Shown here: positions 61,597-64,000 of the stretch, piece by piece
Layout of the letters: each line of letters starts with the position of its first letter
Position numbering within the stretch: the first letter of the stretch is position 1
NCBI GenBank assembly: GCA_004022145.1
Contig: RCNU01000004.1
DNA from: Paecilomyces variotii
Taxonomy: Eukaryota
DNA length: 64,000 nt
Strand: one strand, 5' to 3'
Made by a program: the position numbers and the translations under genes
The notes under the pieces: model-generated
Told to the model about the DNA's origin: nothing
Seen by the model: only the letters and a program-made list of their open reading frames with translations
Databases searched by the model: none

Positions 61597-63216
61597 TCAA
61601 CAAGGCTTCGGTCGTCCGGGTGGCCACCAATCGAAGAGGTCCAGAGCCTCTGATGTCCAGGGACCCTTTTCCTCGTTTTTGCTTTCGGGTTGCTCCGACA
61701 ACGTCGGTCTTGCGATTGCTCTGTTTCCGTCACTGCTTCTTAAGGCTGTTGGATCCGAGACTGTTTTGCGGAATGTCTTTGGGGATTTTCTCGGTGGATG
61801 ACGAGATGACAGGACTGGTTCTCTGACTGGGGCCTTTGGACTCGATGGTCGGTTTCGCTGCACAATATTTGGTTCAGGCGCTGCAACATGGTTGGTGATA
61901 GTGCTATGCTGTTTGCTGAGAGGAGAACGGGGTGGATTAGGCGGAGAGGAGTCAGTCACCGGATGGGGTGGAATCGAGTAGAGAGCAGTCCTTCGTTGAT
62001 CCGACGAGGACTTTAGTTCCCTTGTAGTATCTGAACTTGCGGGACGATTCGGGGATTGCTCATCGATCATCTCATCGAGTACAAACAAGGTCGAGTCTGA
62101 GGGGTCAAATTCAGCTTGAGCTGGGGTATTAAGTGTAGTATCGTTATCGTTATGCTGGGTTGGCAACGAAGTGTTTTTCGCAGCAGGTGCATCACGCGTC
62201 TGCATCTGCGCCAGCGACTCGACTACTGGAGCTTTGTCTGCCCTTTTTGCTGCTGCTTCCAACAGCTCCATATACATTAATTTCTTCCGTGGTTTTGCGC
62301 TGGATAAGCGAAGTGCATTGATAGGAGCATCAGGGATGGGTTTCTTCGAAGCGGGCCCCGATGTGAATGATGAGGCTTTGGTTGAGGATGTTTTCGTTGT
62401 GTCGGGCTGCTTGTTCGGTCGATTTTCCGGCGCGCTGGCCGGGACGGGGAGGTCTTTTCTCGAAGAATGCCTAGCATTTGTATCTTCTTTATTGAGTCGA
62501 TTCGTTGGGATGGGATTTGTCTTTGTAGGTGTTGCCTGCGGCGTTGGTGCATCGAGGTCAATCACCACAGGCCGACTGCGGATGTGCTGGTTGGGGTTCT
62601 TCCTGTGAAGTATAACGTCTTCTGACGGTAGTGGTTTCGGCCGTTTCGCGGGCCTTTCGTCCGGCTCATTTTCATCATGCTGCTGTGGTGGCTGCGCATG
62701 GCGTTGCTCGTACGGTGACTTGGGAGTGATTGACCGTCCAATGGGGGTTCTCTTGATGCCCAGAAGCTCGTTCAACGACTTGAGCGGATTTTGTGATCCT
62801 GCAGTAGACCTGGGTATTGATATTCTGGAAGACTGTGGAGTGGAATTGTCATGCTGTGGAGATCCTTGCGATGTCTTATTCTTTTCGAATAGCCCAGACA
62901 GATCAGTCTGCGTCTTCTCTATACACTCCCCAACCTGGATCAGAACGCCCTTGTCCAACTCCATCTCGTCCCCATCTTGTATCTCATCACTCTCCCGCCA
63001 ATGCAGGTCTCCGATGAAATTCCCGGGGGTGTCGTACACCATAACCCGTTTGTTGAACGTGTGAAACCGAAGGAAGCCATCGTGCCATCGCTTTGCCTTG
63101 CGCCTGAGGTCGTGGGAGTAGAGACAGCGAAACTTGATCACAGGCGCTGTATTCTGGGTCAGAGGCGTCGACAAGCCAGGCGTGCTGCGTACTGCTGGAG
63201 AAAAGGGCGTCGACAT
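61597..63216 (-). CDS. DUF2439 (ZGRF1/Mte1-like N-terminal domain) protein, 539 aa
   Basis: FRCLYSHDLRRKAKRWHDGFLRFHTFNKRVMVYD followed by a long disordered P/S/T-rich region ending GPWTSEALDLFDWWPP. Confidence 0.75.
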   Translation of the reverse strand: MSTPFSPAVRSTPGLSTPLTQNTAPVIKFRCLYSHDLRRKAKRWHDGFLRFHTFNKRVMVYDTPGNFIGDLHWRESDEIQDGDEMELDKGVLIQVGECIEKTQTDLSGLFEKNKTSQGSPQHDNSTPQSSRISIPRSTAGSQNPLKSLNELLGIKRTPIGRSITPKSPYEQRHAQPPQQHDENEPDERPAKRPKPLPSEDVILHRKNPNQHIRSRPVVIDLDAPTPQATPTKTNPIPTNRLNKEDTNARHSSRKDLPVPASAPENRPNKQPDTTKTSSTKASSFTSGPASKKPIPDAPINALRLSSAKPRKKLMYMELLEAAAKRADKAPVVESLAQMQTRDAPAAKNTSLPTQHNDNDTTLNTPAQAEFDPSDSTLFVLDEMIDEQSPNRPASSDTTRELKSSSDQRRTALYSIPPHPVTDSSPPNPPRSPLSKQHSTITNHVAAPEPNIVQRNRPSSPKAPVREPVLSSRHPPRKSPKTFRKTVSDPTALRSSDGNRAIARPTLSEQPESKNEEKGPWTSEALDLFDWWPPGRPKPC

Positions 63217-64000
63217 GGCCGACCAAGGTCGTCTGCCTCGTCAAGACCATTCCTGGAGCTCTTGAGGTTTATCGCGCTGCGGGGGACGCGTCGGGCCAAG
63301 AAGCGATCGGTCTAACAGAAATTAATTTAAATGTAGACTAAAGCTGGTCAGCCAACTAAGTTAACTGATCCACGGAAAATGGCGGCTCTAACCTTAGTTC
63401 TGTCACTAAAAATATTGCCGTGGACCTGAACTGGGATCTTTCAAGGGTAGAGTCGAGTCAACGGAGTGGTTAACTATCCCCAGAGCTGCTTCTGGTGAAA
63501 TGTTTAAGTTGGAGTCTGCCAGCGAAGCCACCAGGACAGACAGACGCTTAGATAGACAATCCGGTAACTAGTACAGCAATCAATGAATCAACTAAATCAC
63601 GTCTCTCAGCCACTTTTCTGTACCACTCGAAATACCATCCTGCCCCTCACCTAGTAATAATAGCCTCAAGCCAAAAACGAGCCCCTTCAACCGGATGGGA
63701 TGCTCCGCTTTTCGATTGCTGTCAGCGACTGAGCGCCTGTTAGCATCCAGCGATCGACACAATCTGTACTCTTATCCCACGCGCGATATTCTTCCGGAGC
63801 GAACAAGAGATTATAGAATCACCCACGCATGTTGGCGGCTGAGAGCCTCGTGGTGGACCGGCAGAAGGCGGTGCTTTGCATGGGGGCTGTCCATAACTAA
63901 GTAAACGCCTCTTCCACCTAGTCTACAGCCTCGCGGTCTCTCTCTCTCTCTTTCTCTCTTCTCTCTCCCAGCGTGGCTGCGCCGTTTGACCAAGTGACAT

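Overview
Intron-containing eukaryotic DNA from a filamentous ascomycete, most likely Eurotiales (inferred from protein families and GT-AG introns with CTAAC-type branch points). The window holds 18 protein-coding genes. Most are housekeeping: dcp1 (5'-truncated), a lipid-droplet hydrolase, PP4R3/psy2, an SLC35F/DUF914 transporter, an uncharacterised WG-motif protein, a Cid1-family nucleotidyltransferase (CutA-like), erg1, a PPR-like protein, an MFS transporter, hem15, ku70, a DUF3431 protein, cwc24, apsA/num1, a SAM methyltransferase and a DUF2439 protein. Between the DUF3431 gene and cwc24 (~42.7-50.9 kb) lies an accessory-looking segment. It contains a decayed gene with a ~58-codon internal duplication, a gypsy RT fragment, a T30 tract and a head-to-head pair of secreted serine hydrolases with bacterial-looking motifs; this pair is the best candidate for an undescribed system. 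A second lead is the co-location of dcp1, the CutA-like enzyme and the WG-tailed protein. I recognised no tRNA, rRNA, CRISPR array or intact transposon. Gene models are spliced by eye and family calls come from motif recognition, not database searches.
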